Of a DNA stretch of 64,000 bases, positions 23,184-37,451 are shown piece by piece. How positions within the stretch are numbered: the first letter of the stretch is position 1; every line of letters starts with the position of its first letter. The translations under genes and the position numbers were made by a program. The DNA is from Chrysemys picta bellii. Lineage: Eukaryota. The stretch spans positions 83,514,001 through 83,578,000 of the forward strand of contig NC_088797.1 of the NCBI RefSeq assembly GCF_011386835.1, in the 5' to 3' direction. The notes below the pieces were generated by a model. That model saw only the letters and a list, made by a program, of their open reading frames with translations. It ran no database searches and was not told where the DNA came from.

Positions 23184-23411
23184 TTAGTGTTCAAAGAAAG
23201 GGAGGGCTGCAGGGGAGGCAGAACCCTCATGATATAAAACCTGCCCCAGAATCACTGGCTGTCCCTGCCATTCTCCCTCACTGTGGAGACACACATATGT
23301 TATAGAGAAAGGGGGTGCCTTGGTATAAAGATATTATCAGCATGCATTTTGGATGATCATTTTAGTGACAAAGCCACAACTGAGAGATGCTGGTCATCCC
23401 AAATGAGTGCA

Positions 23412-24556
23412 ACAGAATCACAGAATCTTAGAAATGTAGGGCTGGAGGGACCTCAAAAGGTTATCTAGTCCAGCATTCTCCACTGAAGCAAGACAAAGAA
23501 TACCTAAACCATCCCTGTTCTTAAAACCTCCAATGGCGAGGATTCCACAAACTTCCTTGGAAGACTATTCCAAAGCTTAACTATTTTTAAAATTAGAAAT
23601 TATACCTAACCTTAATCTCCCTTGCTGAAGCTTAAGCCGATCACTTCTTGTCCTATCTTCAGAGGACAGGAGAACAACTGATTACTGTCCACTTTATAAT
23701 AGCCCTTAAAGTATTTGAAGACCTATCAGATTTCCCCCCTCGGTCTTATTTTCTCAAGACTAAACACACAGTTTTTTAAAATCTTTCCTCATATGTTATA
23801 TTTTCTAAACCTTTGATAATTTTAGTTGTTCTCCTTTGGACTCTCTCCAATTCACCTATATCTTTCCTAAAGTGAGGGGCCCAAAACTGAATACAATGCT
23901 CCAGCTGATGCTTTGCCAGTGCTGACTAGAACAGGACAATTACCTCCTGTCTTACATACTACACTCCGGTTAATATAGCCTAGAGAGATAGTTGTCTTTT
24001 TCACAACTGTATCACGTTGTTGGTTCATTTCAATTTGTGATCCATTATAACTCTCAGTTCCTTTTCATCAGTAATACTGCCTAGCCAGTTATTCCCAATT
24101 TTGTATTTGTGCATTTGATTTTTCCTTTCAACAGCAGTACTTTGCACTTGTCTTTATTGAATTTCATCTTACTGATTTCAGTCCAAGTCTCCAATTTCTC
24201 AAGGTCATTTTGAATTCTAATTCTGCCCTCCAAAGTGCTTGCAGCCCACCCGACCCCCCCATTCCAGGTTGGTGTCATCTGCAAATTTTATGAGCATAAT
24301 CTCTTCTCCATTATCCAAGTCATTAATGAAAATATTTGTCTAGCACTGGATGCAGAACAGAACCCTGCAGGACTCCACTATAAATGCCCCACCAGTTTGA
24401 CAGTGAACCATTGATAACTATACTGCATACCATCTTTCAACCAGCCGTGCACCCATCTTATATTCATTTAATCTAGGCCACATTTCCCTAGTTTTCTTAT
24501 GAGAATGTCATATGGGATTGCATCCAAAACCTTGTTAAAATCAAGATATATCACCA
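23412..24556 (-). mobile_element. CR1 LINE 3' portion
   Basis: ATTCTGTG-type 3' repeats at 23412-23426 on the minus strand; RT-region peptide ASTLEGRIRIQNDLEKLETW...MKFNKDKCKVL (ORF 24081..24284). Confidence 0.92.
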
Positions 24557-24723
24557 TAAAATGTTTATATCATACAACACCATGATACAGTCCCATATGA
24601 CATACATTACAGATAAATAGTTTAATGTGATTGTTTAAAAAGGTTATGTGACATATACATAGATATATACCTTCGCTGCCTGTAAAGCCTTAGCTACTAT
24701 GTCCTGATTCTTGGTTACACTGA

Positions 24724-25416
24724 AGGCTTGGCTACACTTGCAAATTAGAACACATTAAAGCAGCCCCGGGAGTCCTAACTCATGACCCGTCAACACTGGC
24801 AAGGCACTTAGAGCGCTCTGACTGCATGGCTAGAGCGCTTCTGGTAATCCACCTTGGTGAGAAGCATAATGCTTGGTGCGCCTTGGGTGAAATGCCCGGG
24901 CATCAGTGTGAATGAGGTGTTGCATTACTGCACTCTGATCGGCCTCCGGAAACGTCCCATAATCCCCTTAAGTCAAGTGGCCACTCTCGTCATTGTTTTG
25001 GAATCACTGCAGGAATGCAGATATCAAAGCAAACCATTACTGTGGAATGCTGTGTGTGAGAGAGAGAGGTGAGGGGGGAAGTGGGAAATCTGCTGCTGTC
25101 TGAACTTACAAGACAGCGTGCTGACATGCTCTCAGCCCCCCAAAAACCTACTCTCTCTCCCCCCACATACACACAACACACTCCCTGTCACACTCCATCC
25201 CACCCCCCTCATTTGAAAAGCACATTGCAGTCACTTGCATGCTGGGATAGCTACCACAATGCACTGCTCTCTGTGGCCGCTGCAAGTGCCACAAATGTGG
25301 CCCCGCCAGTGCACTTGCAGCTGTCAGTGTGGACAGACTGCAGCGCTTTCCCTACTGCACTCTATGAAAGCTGGTTTAACTCAAAGCGCTCTACATTTGC
25401 AAGTATAGGCATGCCC
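24724..25416. mobile_element. PIF/Harbinger non-autonomous element
   Basis: TIRs AGGCTTGGCTACACTTGCAAA / TTTGCAAGTATAGGCATGCCC; flanks TGA/TAA (TWA-like). Confidence 0.8.
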
Positions 25417-28400
25417 TAAGGCTCCTCCTTTATGCCACTCTGGCAACTAAAAGGATTCACAAACTGCACAGTCAGAAGATTCAACTTATAGAAAGTATGT
25501 GCCTTGGTTTTAATAGTCATCTAAAGTGAGGAACTAATGTCAACAATAGTTAAAACATACGAGATTCTCAAACATGAAAAGAGAATGACATTAAGGAATG
25601 ATAATTATATTGTGCAGGAATACGCCACTTATTCTGTTATTTTCATTAATAGCAAAAAGTGAAAAAAGAAATGGCGTATATGAATATAGACACAGACAGC
25701 AGTGCCAATGTGCCTATCAACAACATTGTTTACACAACCTGGAGCCAAATACTAAGGCTCTCACTACTGAATGCATTTTAATATTAACTATTATAGAATG
25801 AGACTGGTTTTAGAAGAGTCATGGCCTTAAATTCAGAGACAGTATTCAATATCATCTTCCTTTCCCAGTCAGGCACCACAAGAATTGTTATGTCATCCAA
25901 AAAGTGGAAGGCCTGAAATCATAGAAAAAGCTTTTGTAGCACAGCCACTGATGACATTAACACCCTGGCCCCACTCCACTGCCAAACCCAAGTAGTTTTG
26001 CATTTTTCTAATTCAAAAAGCAGCTTTTCATTTTTAACTTATCATTGTGCCCGCACTTCTTTAGCTGTGATTAACGAGGCTGTATCCAAGAATTGTCTGT
26101 GGTCTGAAGCAACCCTCTACCATATATTGAAGTCCAGTTTGTAAAAGTGTCATTTTATGTCCTCAGAATTCCACAAGGATTTTTTCTGTGCTCTGCCTAT
26201 TTGAAACAACCCTCTGTGTCTTGTTCTGTTCCAGGCCCCTCAACCTCTACTGGCTGCAGGACCTCCTCGACTTGCTCACACTGCTGCAGGAGCTTAGGTC
26301 AAAATACCTCCATGGACCATTCCAAGAGGAACATATCTCTGATTAACTTATAGTTCAGTTTCTGGAGAGGGTCAACAAGCCGATTCCAGTAACAAAGACA
26401 GAAGGACTTGTGGCTAGAGGAAAGGTATGCTGAAGTAAGAGGAAAGTATCAAGCTGGCTGAACAGCTTGAGGACAGGGTTTCAGCACAGGAGTAGGCACT
26501 TGCTTTGCAGTTCCTGGAACAGGAATGGCAGTTAAGGGAGGAGGACTGAGCTCAGCAGAAACAGCTGTTTGAGCATCTCATATCACTAATGACCACAAGA
26601 TAGCAGCTCCTGCTGCATCACTCACACCATGGCCTGACTCCTCTGCACACTACCCTGCGCTGCAGTCCAGAAGCAGCTCGGAAGACTCCATGGATGGGTG
26701 GCAAATACAATTGTGCCCCAGGAGTGGGCAGGGCAACCTCACCCCTGCAGCCCTCCATATTGACCCCTCTCCTCTGTGGATGCCTCCACCCTCCTTCCAA
26801 AGTGCCAAGAGCCTGGTAAATGGGGAGAGAAGCAAAAGGAGAATGGATGGAAAGGTGACGTGCCACAATAGGGGGTTTCTGTCATGTACACATGTTTCAC
26901 TGTTTGCACTTGTTCACACACTTTCTGAAATGTTTCAATGTTGTTAAATCTGCATTTTTCACACACACAAAAACTCTGTCAAAAAAATTTGTCCAGCTCT
27001 AACCAGGAGCCATCTTTCCCCTCTATTGATCAAGCTGCCATGATCCAAACACCTCCCATCTGCCTTTCTTACGTCTCCTGATGGATATGCAGGTTTCTGA
27101 GTCAATTCAGATAATCCTTGAAAACTTTGGATGTTTATCCAAACCTTTTTCTGAGCCTTGGTTGGAAATGTCACAGGAACAGGATTAACAAAGAGATTTC
27201 GTGTATCTCCCATTTCCAATTAAGACAGAATAGCTTATCTCACAGGATTTCAAGGCTTCTGGCCAGGACTGGAATTGGAATCAAGAAATGCAGAGGCCCA
27301 CAAAAAATGGGGAAAAAATAGTTAACCCAGTTCTGAACCTGAAAAAATGGGCTTACTGAAGGCTTATGATGGCTCTTATTAAATAAGATTCTCTTTGCCC
27401 ATATCTAATTCTGCTTGGACATACTTGAAATGTATTATAAAAGTCTATCTAGTAGAGGGAGCTGCTGAGGGAGAAGTAAGACACAAATTATATTCAATAT
27501 ACTGAGTTATCCACATATTGAATATTAATAAAATCAATAGATGGGGCAGGTTAGTGTGAAGACTGTGGAGAAAAAGGGTGCACTTACAGACATTGTTCAA
27601 TTTTACTGTATCAATAAAAATAGTTTGAAGCTTAGTGCAAATAGAAATATACTGCCAATATTTAACTCCTCCTAACATGCAATCAAAAGTGAGTAGTCCA
27701 GGTACAAAATTCCCATTGAACTCAATGGACATTCTAGCATCGAGTACTTGCAAGACTAGACACAAAGAGACATTACAAACACTGACAGCACATTAGACAA
27801 TCAACCCCAACACACTTCCCCCCCATAAACTTGAAGCCAAAATGTGATCTCAGTGCTTCATGTAGCATTATACTTCAGCTGGGAGTCATTATGATTTCTA
27901 CTAAACCTGTTCTACACACCTCAGACCTTCACTTTGTTGGTTCCATCTGAAATAAGCCATTAAGTTTATAGTCATAGAAATGCCACCCTCCTGCCTCAAT
28001 AGGTGGGGAAACTCGATGGGACTGGTTGTGAAGGGGGATAGTCCCAGCAGACAGTGAGGAACTAATTAGGAGACATTTCTTGAGAGGGATACCCAATAGA
28101 TTCTTGGCCAGCTTCAGAGGGAGGGGTGCTGATTTGTCAGATTTCCGCAGCTCTATTCAAAACTGGCTCCCCAAGAGGAGTGCTAGGTTTTATTCCCCAG
28201 ATCTTGGGATTTAATCTGGAATGGGGGCCATGTGGAGCCTCTCAGCTCTGTTCTGGCAGCACCACCCTACTGAATTGGAACTAGGAACGGGAATCTGGCC
28301 TGACAGATTCTGCATGTCTAAGCAATCGCTCATTGGGGAGTGGGGGGGCAGGAAGGAATTTTTTCCTCCCATAGGTCAAGGACCAGGGAGTATTTTGCCT

Positions 28401-28989
28401 TCCTAGGAGTGCCTTCAAGCCACAGTGGTTTAAGACGGAATGTGCTTAGTATCTATCTGAGGCATGGCAATGTAAGGTTGTTATTTTTAAGAAACAGGAA
28501 CGGCCCTAGCAAAAATCTTTGCCTTTCCAGTAAAAATACACATTAAAGGTGTTATTTACTGTTTGCATGTCCCAGTCCCCATTTTGAACTCCACGTCGGG
28601 GGGACGGGGGGGAAAGAGTTGGAGGTGAGCCACGCCACTAGCATACAATCTGCCAATAGCAGATACACACTGCTAGCTGGGGCTTCTCATAACTTCTGCA
28701 TTGGTTCATATTGCTGAAATCCCTCCCTTTACTGTATTAATGAACATTAATACAGATCCAGAAACCTACCAGGCTTAGGGGCAGCCTCAGTCTGGTGTTT
28801 GTCTGCTGCAGACTCCACTCTGGGCTCTTCCTTGGAGGGTGCATCAGCTCCTCTGAGTATGGACCCAGAATGTGCTGCTCCTGCCACAAAACCTGCTCTG
28901 GAACCAGTTTCAGCAACAGAATAACTTCATTGTCCCCACTCAGTGCCTGCTGCTGGCTGTCATAAGCCCCCATGCTAGATTCTTGGGCC

Positions 28990-29300
28990 AGCAGGGCACC
29001 ATCCCAACTGACCAGGTCATCCTTGGCTCCATGCTGGGTGCAGTGCCCAGCATCTGGTCAAACTCCTTATAAAACAGGCATGATTTTTTGCAAGTTGCCA
29101 GTGGTGCAGTTCTGGTTCCTGGTTCTCCGGTACTCATTCTTGAGTCGCTTAATCTGCTGCCTGCACTGGTCACTGGCTCAGTAAATTTGCAAAGCTGCCA
29201 GCTTCTTCACTATTTGCTAGTATGCATGATCATTCCTGGTACACTTACAAAAGTCCATGGTTTTTCTGGCCTTGCACTAGACCTTTTCCAAAATCAGGCT
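28990..29300 (-). pseudogene. Decayed Myb/SANT-like (trihelix) DNA-binding ORF, probably Harbinger-derived
   Basis: Manual translation gives RNDHAY*QIVKKLAAL..Y*ASDQCRQQIKRLKNEYRRTRNQN..., then CLFYKEFDQMLG after a frameshift. This matches the QCRxKIKxLK...CxFYxELDxILG signature. Confidence 0.7.
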
Positions 29301-29589
29301 GTGCTCCCATGATCATGAAGCAGCGCATTGTTCAAAAGTCTTCTTCTGTTCGGTTTCCATTGCAAACACAGCAGGCTCTCTGATAGTGTATTTGCAGCTC
29401 AGTGGTCAGAAGACAACAGACAAGTTAATGTTGACTTACCAAGGGTGGTTGCTTTCATTTTCAATAGAGTAGGTTCAAGATTCTTGGGATAAAGAGGACA
29501 AAGGAAGTTGACCGATGAGATTTGGGGATACTTTTTGGAGGATTTGCAGGACCTGAATCAAGTGGATTGCACCTATATTGCAAAGCAAT

Positions 29590-29748
29590 GGGGCTTGAAC
29601 CTCAGGTTAATGCTTGACCTGAACTCAGACTCTGCAACTCCACATGGTCCTGGGACTCTGGGTTAGTGTGATTTGTATGTGGACAGAAGTGGGTTTAGGC
29701 TTGAGCCTGAGTCATAGCCCAGGTTTGCATTGCAGTGTAGACATACCC
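29590..29748. mobile_element. Harbinger-type terminal fragment
   Basis: Right TIR TGCAGTGTAGACATACCC followed by TGA. Confidence 0.5.
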
Positions 29749-31790
29749 TGAGTAGCCTGAGGTCAGACTTTGTGGCCTTTGCAGGCCAAGGTCTCTACCC
29801 TTCTGCACCCTTTGTCCCTCTTGTGGGGAGGAGGATGCTAGGAATTACAGTTAGCTCAGTTCTGGGGAGTAGGCTGAGAAGAGTCTACTCAGAATTACAG
29901 GTTATAGGGAAGGAGCCCTCTTACACCCACATTGGAACCTGGTATAGCAGAGTATGAACAATGGGTTGGGAGCAGCCCCTGCCCTGTGTTAAAGTTTAAT
30001 AAAATTGTGGTCTGCTGCTTAAATCCATCCATGTATCTGTCCTCATTTTGCCGCTGCGTCTGTATCAAGTGCTCTATGCCGTCTGTACTTTCAAGAACAG
30101 TATCACATTTGGCCACAACAGCTTCTGAGGCAAAGGGAATAAATCATTCTCTTTCCTTAGCTCATCATAAGCCTGCTGACCACTCCAACTACACCCTACA
30201 AAACAAATTAATAAATCCATAGACCTCAGGGGTGATTTTCAAAGGCACAAAAGTCAGTTACCTGTGTAACTACCATTGACAGTAATAGGAGTAATTGAAA
30301 GTCAATGGGAACTAAGTGCCTAACCGTCATTTGTGCATTTGAAAATCCCCGTTTACCCTTTGCTTTGTAAATACCTAGAGGCAAAGCCCAGCCTGTGATA
30401 TGTGGCTGTGTGTTGGGAAGGAAATTGGAGGTCTGAATGCTTCTCACTCCTCACAAGCAGTAGAATCCCTAGCTAGGGATCAGAGGACTGTCAGGAAGCC
30501 AGCTTCCATGTCAATATAACATAGCATCAGTGGCAGCTAGGGCACACAACTTGGTCCTCAGCCAGCTATCACGTACACTGGAATCTGTAGCATGTTTGCT
30601 GGTTGTGTGTGTGCATGTGTGTACTCGGGTGTGTATTTGTTCTTTTTCAAAAGTGAGCAGTAAGGTATCGCCTGCAGCATACCCTGCCCCCCAAGTCTCT
30701 CTTCCCCCAATCCATTTAGGCCTCTTTGGGCAAGGAGGCTCTTGTAACAAATACTATGTATAATCCTGCTCCACACATTCACCCTTGCATAGGTCCTTCA
30801 TAGAAAACTAGGATTTCACCATTTATCTTTTATATAATTGTCCCTGGCTCTAATTTTTGCATGCACAAAATTGCCCAGTGCAGCCCAATACAAACAAAAG
30901 ATATTTCTCTTGGAATGATAAACTGTTCTCAATATGCTCAGCCTTTAGAGCCAATATTCATATTTGAATGTGAACACTGGCTCTGACCCAAAATCAGGCA
31001 TGAATACAAATAGCAGTTTCTGTGTCCTGCCCTACTTAATATTGTTTTTCACTTTTTCTAAGATAATCTTTCTTCTTTCCATGTTATCTATATTACACAG
31101 ATAAGACCAATCTCTGGAAAAGGAAATTTTGTTTTGCTGTAAATCTGTTTTCTGCAAACTTTCTGCATTAGTTCAGAAACCTGTTCTAGAAATATCCTTT
31201 CACCAGGTTCAGGTCAAAGAAAGAATGGACTGGTAGTAATAGCTTATGTACATTTTTGGCCAGTCAAGGGATATAAACTTGTTTTTGTTTTACCAGGAAG
31301 GTGTTCCATTATTATTATTTAATTATTATTATTATTTAAACTACTAAAGAAAACTTCACACTCAAAAGAGGTGAACTCCTTATATAGCCTCCTCATACAG
31401 CTTTTCTCAATTTATCACCTCATATCCAGAGAAAGGATAAGCTGACTAAAAGAACAGACTTACAGAAGCTATATTTACAAGCATGTGAACAAAATGTCAA
31501 GTCTCTCTCTCTCTACTCCAGCTTGGGGCATTGGAATTAAGAAGCTGTGCTCTGATGGGGATGTTTAACAGAGCATCAACCATGGTAAAAGTCATAACTA
31601 TATTAACCATATTGCCATGAAAAACATAAAATGTTTGGAAAAAATATGAATTTAAACTTTCTTCCAGTTTTTCACTTTTTGCACATGGGCAGAGACTGAG
31701 AATATGAATGAGGAAGCAGAAGACAGAAGGGAAAGAATGGGGATTTAATTGAGCCAGCTCTTGGGCTCTATCAGTAGATCAGGCTTCTGA

Positions 31791-32048
31791 GGGTATGTCT
31801 ACATTACAATTAGACACCCATGGCTGACCCATGCCTGCTGACTTGGGATCACAGAGCTTGGGCTAAGGGGCTGTTTAATTGTGGCGTAGACATTCTGAGT
31901 CTGGCTGCAGCCCAAGTTTTGTACCCTTTCACCTTGCAGGATCCTAGAGTCCAAGCCTGAACATCTACACCACAAGTGAACAGCCCTTTAGCCTGAGTCA
32001 GCTGGCATGGGCCAGCCATGGGTTTTTAATTGCAGTGTAGACAAACCC
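31791..32048. mobile_element. PIF/Harbinger-type MITE
   Basis: TIRs GGGTATGTCTACATTACAATTA / TAATTGCAGTGTAGACAAACCC; flanks TGA/TCA. Confidence 0.85.
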
Positions 32049-33675
32049 TCAGAGCAACAAGAAGAAAATGCGGAGGAACTACAAAGGCCTTAGAGAAGAG
32101 GATCTGACTCTCCCATAGGAGACAGGCTGGGTCTTCGTTCTCCTAAATTCTCGTGATTTTTCCTGTCCTACTCCTCTTAATGGCCAATTATGCAGGACAG
32201 ATCCTTTCTTTCATTTACCTGCAAAGTGGGGGAAGAGAAGGGGAGAGCGATAAGAAACCTCAAGAATCGAGGAGGAAGGGAACCCAACTTTTTCCCACTC
32301 CAACAGCTTATAGTACTGTTGCATATAGTACTGTTTTCTCTGGGAATCCAAATCTTTTAACTTCTTCAGTTTTCTGCATTTCCCCCATTCCTGAATAGTT
32401 TAGTCTCCATCTGTAAGAGGGTTCCTGTCTGTCCTAGAGGAACACCTGTAGAGAAACCTAAGAACCTTTGCAGTGAGAATCGCTGGACACACAGTGTAAA
32501 ATATGGAGGCATTAGGAAATTTTCTGCCAAATTTCTCTCTCTGCAACATAAAAGGGGAATATTTCCCACATGTTGCAATGTCATGTTTTTCACTATATAC
32601 AAGAAAAGTTACATGTGATTGCTATGTAGACACTTCATCAATATTGGATTTTTACTGAGCCTGCAAAGTGTCTGTAAAATAATTATTTAGTACAAAAACA
32701 AAACCACTAGTAACAAGAAAAGTAGCTCCTTTTTATTTGCAGCTACTATTTCATTAATTGCTATCTTAATGATGACATTTATCTACATTAAACATTCTTC
32801 AAAGAGATCCCCCATATAAAGTGTATGGAAGGCACATAATTCAGGAACTACTGTACTTATGTAAACAGCAATGATATCTATCTGTTCTGGTGTAGATCCA
32901 CAATTTATTTTTTATATTTGAGCAATATCAAGACATATGCTTATAGTCTCCGTTTAAGTAACTGCATTACCACCATAGTTCAGAATCACTCCTACTTATT
33001 GTAGCTGCAGTGCAGGACAGCCTATGTAATATGAGTCTATATCTATGAATTCTAATAATATAAAGATTTTTCCTCTGAGGGTTGTAAATTCTATATCTAT
33101 TTTTTCACAGTATAATACAGAAAATGCTACTGTTCAAACCTGCTGCATTCTGGGGCCCCAAGGATTTTTTTAATTCAACCTTTTCAGATTTCAATTCAAT
33201 TACCATGGTTCCCATCAAACAATGTAGCTTACACAAAGAAATGCCTACACAGCATAATGGTAAAAACAATCCAACAGCTAATTTTGTCCCCCACAGGGAT
33301 TCAAGCATATAGGGGACACGCTGCATGCAGATCTCCTCCTTCCAGGTCCCATGGAGGCCCCCTGCATGGATTCTCAGAGCATTCTTTCCCCCTTTGGAGC
33401 GTTTTTTTTCCCGATAATAAACGATCTGGGGTGTTATTAAAACCCATGGACCTAATTGTGCTGCTCTTAGTCCTTACTTGGGTAAAATATCCATTGCTTT
33501 CACTAGGAATGTTGCTTTAGTAAGAAAATAATAAATTCTGCAGTATTAATAAATTATTAATACTTAATATTTGGCATATGTGCATCAGTTTTATTTTATT
33601 TTATGTTGTTGTTTTAATTGAAAGTGCTCCACAATCGTTAATAATTCAAACTCAAAACATCCCTGAGAAATAAAT

Positions 33676-33777
33676 GTTATTGCCATTTTACTGCTAGGAA
33701 ATTGAAATATAGGCAGGTTAAATGGCTTGCCAACTCGTATTGAGACAGAATTAGAACTCAGGTGTTCCTAGCTCCAG
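33676..33777 (-). mobile_element. MIR/CORE-SINE-like fragment
   Basis: ccattttactgctaggaaattga...aggttaaatggcttgcc resembles the MIR core in reverse orientation. Weaker relics near 13340 and 36210. Confidence 0.45.
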
Positions 33778-36689
33778 ATGCTATACTCAGACCATGCCCC
33801 TCTGTTTAGAAAAGGAACATAAATCTCGAAACAGAATAAAGGATTAAAAACATGCATTTTTACTCTGAATACAAACACAACCTGAAAAAAGCTACTTGGT
33901 CACAAATTGTACATACAAATTTAGTGATAATAATCAATGAAAGCAAAAACAATGGGCTGAACAACACTCAATTGTAAATAATTACAAAAATATTCACAGT
34001 CCATTACTGTGATTGAATTGAAAGTGCTGTGTTTGTAGCATGCATGGCATTATTGACATCTGTATCTCTTTTCTAGCCTTATGTGCATTCCAAGCTTCTA
34101 ATGTATGTTAAATGTGCACTGAGAGAAGAACAGATCCCTTGATCTTGTAACAGGAAATACCGTTAATCTTTGGTCTTTAGTGTCCTATTTCAACTACAGT
34201 AATCTTTCAAACTTGTTAAAAGAGAAGAACCTTAAAGGTGTTGCATCAGCTGCACTATTCTTTAAAGATCTAATCTTCTTGACTTAACACAGCCTCAAGG
34301 CTGATGCACTCCTACTCACAGAAACCTGTATAGTTCTTTTAATAGAGGAAATATAATTTCTCAATTTTACTTTCAGTTTACTTCAACAGGATAATGTACT
34401 TACCCTGAATCCTTCAAATATACTAAATATACTAAATGCATGTTTGGTCCTTTCCATTAATATTCTTGGTGAAAATGTACTTCTTGTTCTGCTGCTTGTC
34501 ATTTATCCTCCCAAAAGAAAAGCCCAAAATTTTTTGGGTGGAGACAATCAGTAGATCCCAAACCCATTAAGAATAAAAAAAATCAAAGTATATAAAAGTT
34601 AAAAATAAAAATATATATTTGATATAGTGGGCAAAGAGAATCCCCAATTAGGATCTTGGATTGGCATAGTTTATCCAACCTGGTTAATTTCTAGCAATAT
34701 CTCTAACAAAGTATGCTTTTCCAAATTATTTATTGCTGTCAGTCTATACAGATTATTAGCTACTCTTTTGTTTCAATCTTTTACAAATAGTAAAAAGAGA
34801 ATAATTGAACAGTTTCCATTTGAATTACCCTTTGCTTTCTAATTACTGTTTTAGCCTGAATATTTAGGAGTGAATGAACGTATACATTGGTTTATACTCT
34901 ATATCGGTTACACACAGTGCCTTGTGATGGGAATTAATTGAAAAAGTCATACCTGTGGGCACAAAGTCTCTATGTGATTAGCTGCCATTTGGACAATTTT
35001 AATTCCATCTTCATTAGTTGATAGTGAACAAGCAAGATTAGCCACCTTAAAGAAAAAAAGTATTTTAAGTATGCATTCACTTTCATAAAAATAAATTGCA
35101 TAAAAATAAATATTGCCTTGCTAAACTGAAAGAAATCTATGCAAGAAGCATTTTGATAAGTTAATTTGGCAAAGAACATGTTGGAACAAGGACACTGTGA
35201 CTATGAGAGAAAGGAGGTGGGGAAAAAAGGTAGACATAAGAAATCTTATGAAATTTTCCTGATTAGGGTCTAATGCACAATGGCAACTGAATACTAGATT
35301 TTTCTCCAGAATTAGTGCTGGGGATAACATTTGTCCCCAATGGCATTAGGAAGCTTGAAATTGCATGAGGTTTTAGTTAGCTAGCTTGTGGCTGGTTTTA
35401 TTATTTCTCAGAGGCTTCTGTTTATGTTGCCGTCCCATTTTCCCCTGCTTTCAGATTCCTAAACATTAAAAAACATTACTCTTGATCTGGCACAGTATGA
35501 ATAGGTGGAGTGGCCTGTTTGACAGACACAGTGGACTAAGTTCTGTCTACACACAGTTTTTGTATTACTATAACTACTTCAGTGTGGGGGAAGGCTGATT
35601 TTACCAGAATAGTTACACCAGTAACTCCTAGTGCAGACATGGTGATATCAGTATAAAGGTGCCTTATGGCAGTATAGTTTATTTATTTTACTATTTGTCA
35701 TAGGGCAAATGCAGCCCCCTCTTCCATGGGTGGTTCCACTGCCCAAGAGGTGTGGCTGGATGTGAGAGAACAAGGGGCACACCTGTCCCTGCTGTGCATG
35801 GCAGCACACATAAGTGGAGGCTAGGCACGGGGACAGATGGAGCTGTGGGATCTGCATCTGCATGGATCCTCCCATTCCCAGCCTCTAGAGGTCACAAAAA
35901 TCCCACATCGGCTATTTCACCCATTAGGCTGCCACAAAATGGTTTGGTTTCATATGCATCTGTCCAACGTCCACCCTGGCTACTTGGGCCAGGGGCTGGC
36001 CTATGAAATGCAGCCTATGCAACGCTTTACATAGCCATAATAAACATAACCCTTTAATATATAGTAATATTTTACAGTTACTTAGTGCTTTACATATCGC
36101 ACATGATGTAAAAATATGAACAATTTCATCCTCATTTACCAACTTCCTGGGATGTTATTTCTATAGAAGATGAGTAAATTAATCATGTTCTATTACCAGT
36201 GGCTATTATTATCCTAATTTTACAGTTTAAAAAAATTAAACAAAAGTTAATTAATTTGTCCAAGGTCACATAAACAGTCTTGCCAGTCTATGCATTCAAA
36301 AATCATGAGTAAGGCTCCCAAAATAATGAGATTGGTTTAAAAATCATGATTTTTTTAAAATAATAATTGCTGGGTTCTTTTCATTTGCCTTTGGGTTTCT
36401 GAGTTTTTAAGGACCACATTTTCAAGCTTCCTTCCACAATGAGATCTAGAAACTTAATATTAAAAAAAAAATTAAGCTGAGACATTAAGAAAAACACCCA
36501 AAATCACAAGACTTGCAAATCACAAGACTTGGCGACAATGCTAAGAGTTAGTGTAATAACTGGAGTTGTAATTCCTGCATTCCAGTCTCATCCTCAGTGT
36601 ACTAATACAGGGCTGCCATTTAGATAAGATATACTGTACAGAATGCACAATCGCTAAAAAGGTTCTATGAAAACTTCATGGATAATTTT

Positions 36690-37451
36690 TTGAAAACATC
36701 TGCTCAACTTGCAGCTGGAGTCAAAAAAGCTAAAAGAATGTTAGGAACCATTACGAAAGAGATGGATAATAAGACAGAAAATATCATAATGCCACTATAT
36801 AAATCCACAGTATGCCCATACCTTGAATACTGCAAGCAGTTATGGTTGTCCCATCTCAAAAAAGTTATATTTCTGGAAAAAGTATAGAGAAGGGCAACAA
36901 AAATGTTTAGCGTATGGAATAGCTTCCATATGAGGAGAGAATAAAAAACGAACTGTTCATCTCAGAAAAGAGATGACTAATGGGGGATATGATAGCGGTC
37001 TACAAAATAATGAATCATGTGAAGACAGTGAATAAGGAAGTGTTATTTACCCCTTCACATAACACAAGAGCCAGGGGTCACCCAATTAAATTAATAGGCA
37101 GCAGATTTAAAACAAACAAAAGGAAGTACTTCTTCACACATTGCATAACCTGTGGAACTTGTTGCCAGTGGAAATTGTAAAGGCCAAAAGTATAAGTGGG
37201 TTAAAAAAAGAGTTAGATAAGTTCATGGAGAATAGATCTATCAATGGCTATTAGCCAAGCTGGTCAGGGACATTATACTCTGGGTGTCCCTAAACCTCTG
37301 ACTGCCAGATGCTGGGACTAGACAGCGGGGGATGGATTACCCTTTTTGTTCATTCCATCTGAAGCATTTGGCAGCAGCCCCTGCCAGAAGACAGGATACT
37401 GGGCCTGATGAACCATTGGTCTGACTCAGTATCACCATTCTTATGTTCTTA
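36690..37451 (+). mobile_element. CR1 LINE 3' end
   Basis: Peptide VKKAKRMLGTI..MDNKTENIIMPLYKS.V.PYLEYC and [21 protein letters not shown]; ends in attcttatgttctta. Confidence 0.92.

Noticed and set aside
29822-30124. Protein-like minus-strand frame (EAVVAKCDTVLESTDGIEHLIQ...) versus a short LTR
   Set aside because: Ambiguous: the plus strand has TG...CA ends and AATAAA like an LTR but no TSD, and the peptide is unrecognised. Neither call can be supported.
32090-32290. Strong minus-strand polypyrimidine tract/acceptor at about 32218
   Set aside because: All downstream frames stop within 14 codons and nothing supports a transcript.
34404-34500. Perfect minus-strand donor GG|GTAAGT
   Set aside because: The upstream frames are closed by stops, so only an implausible micro-exon would fit.
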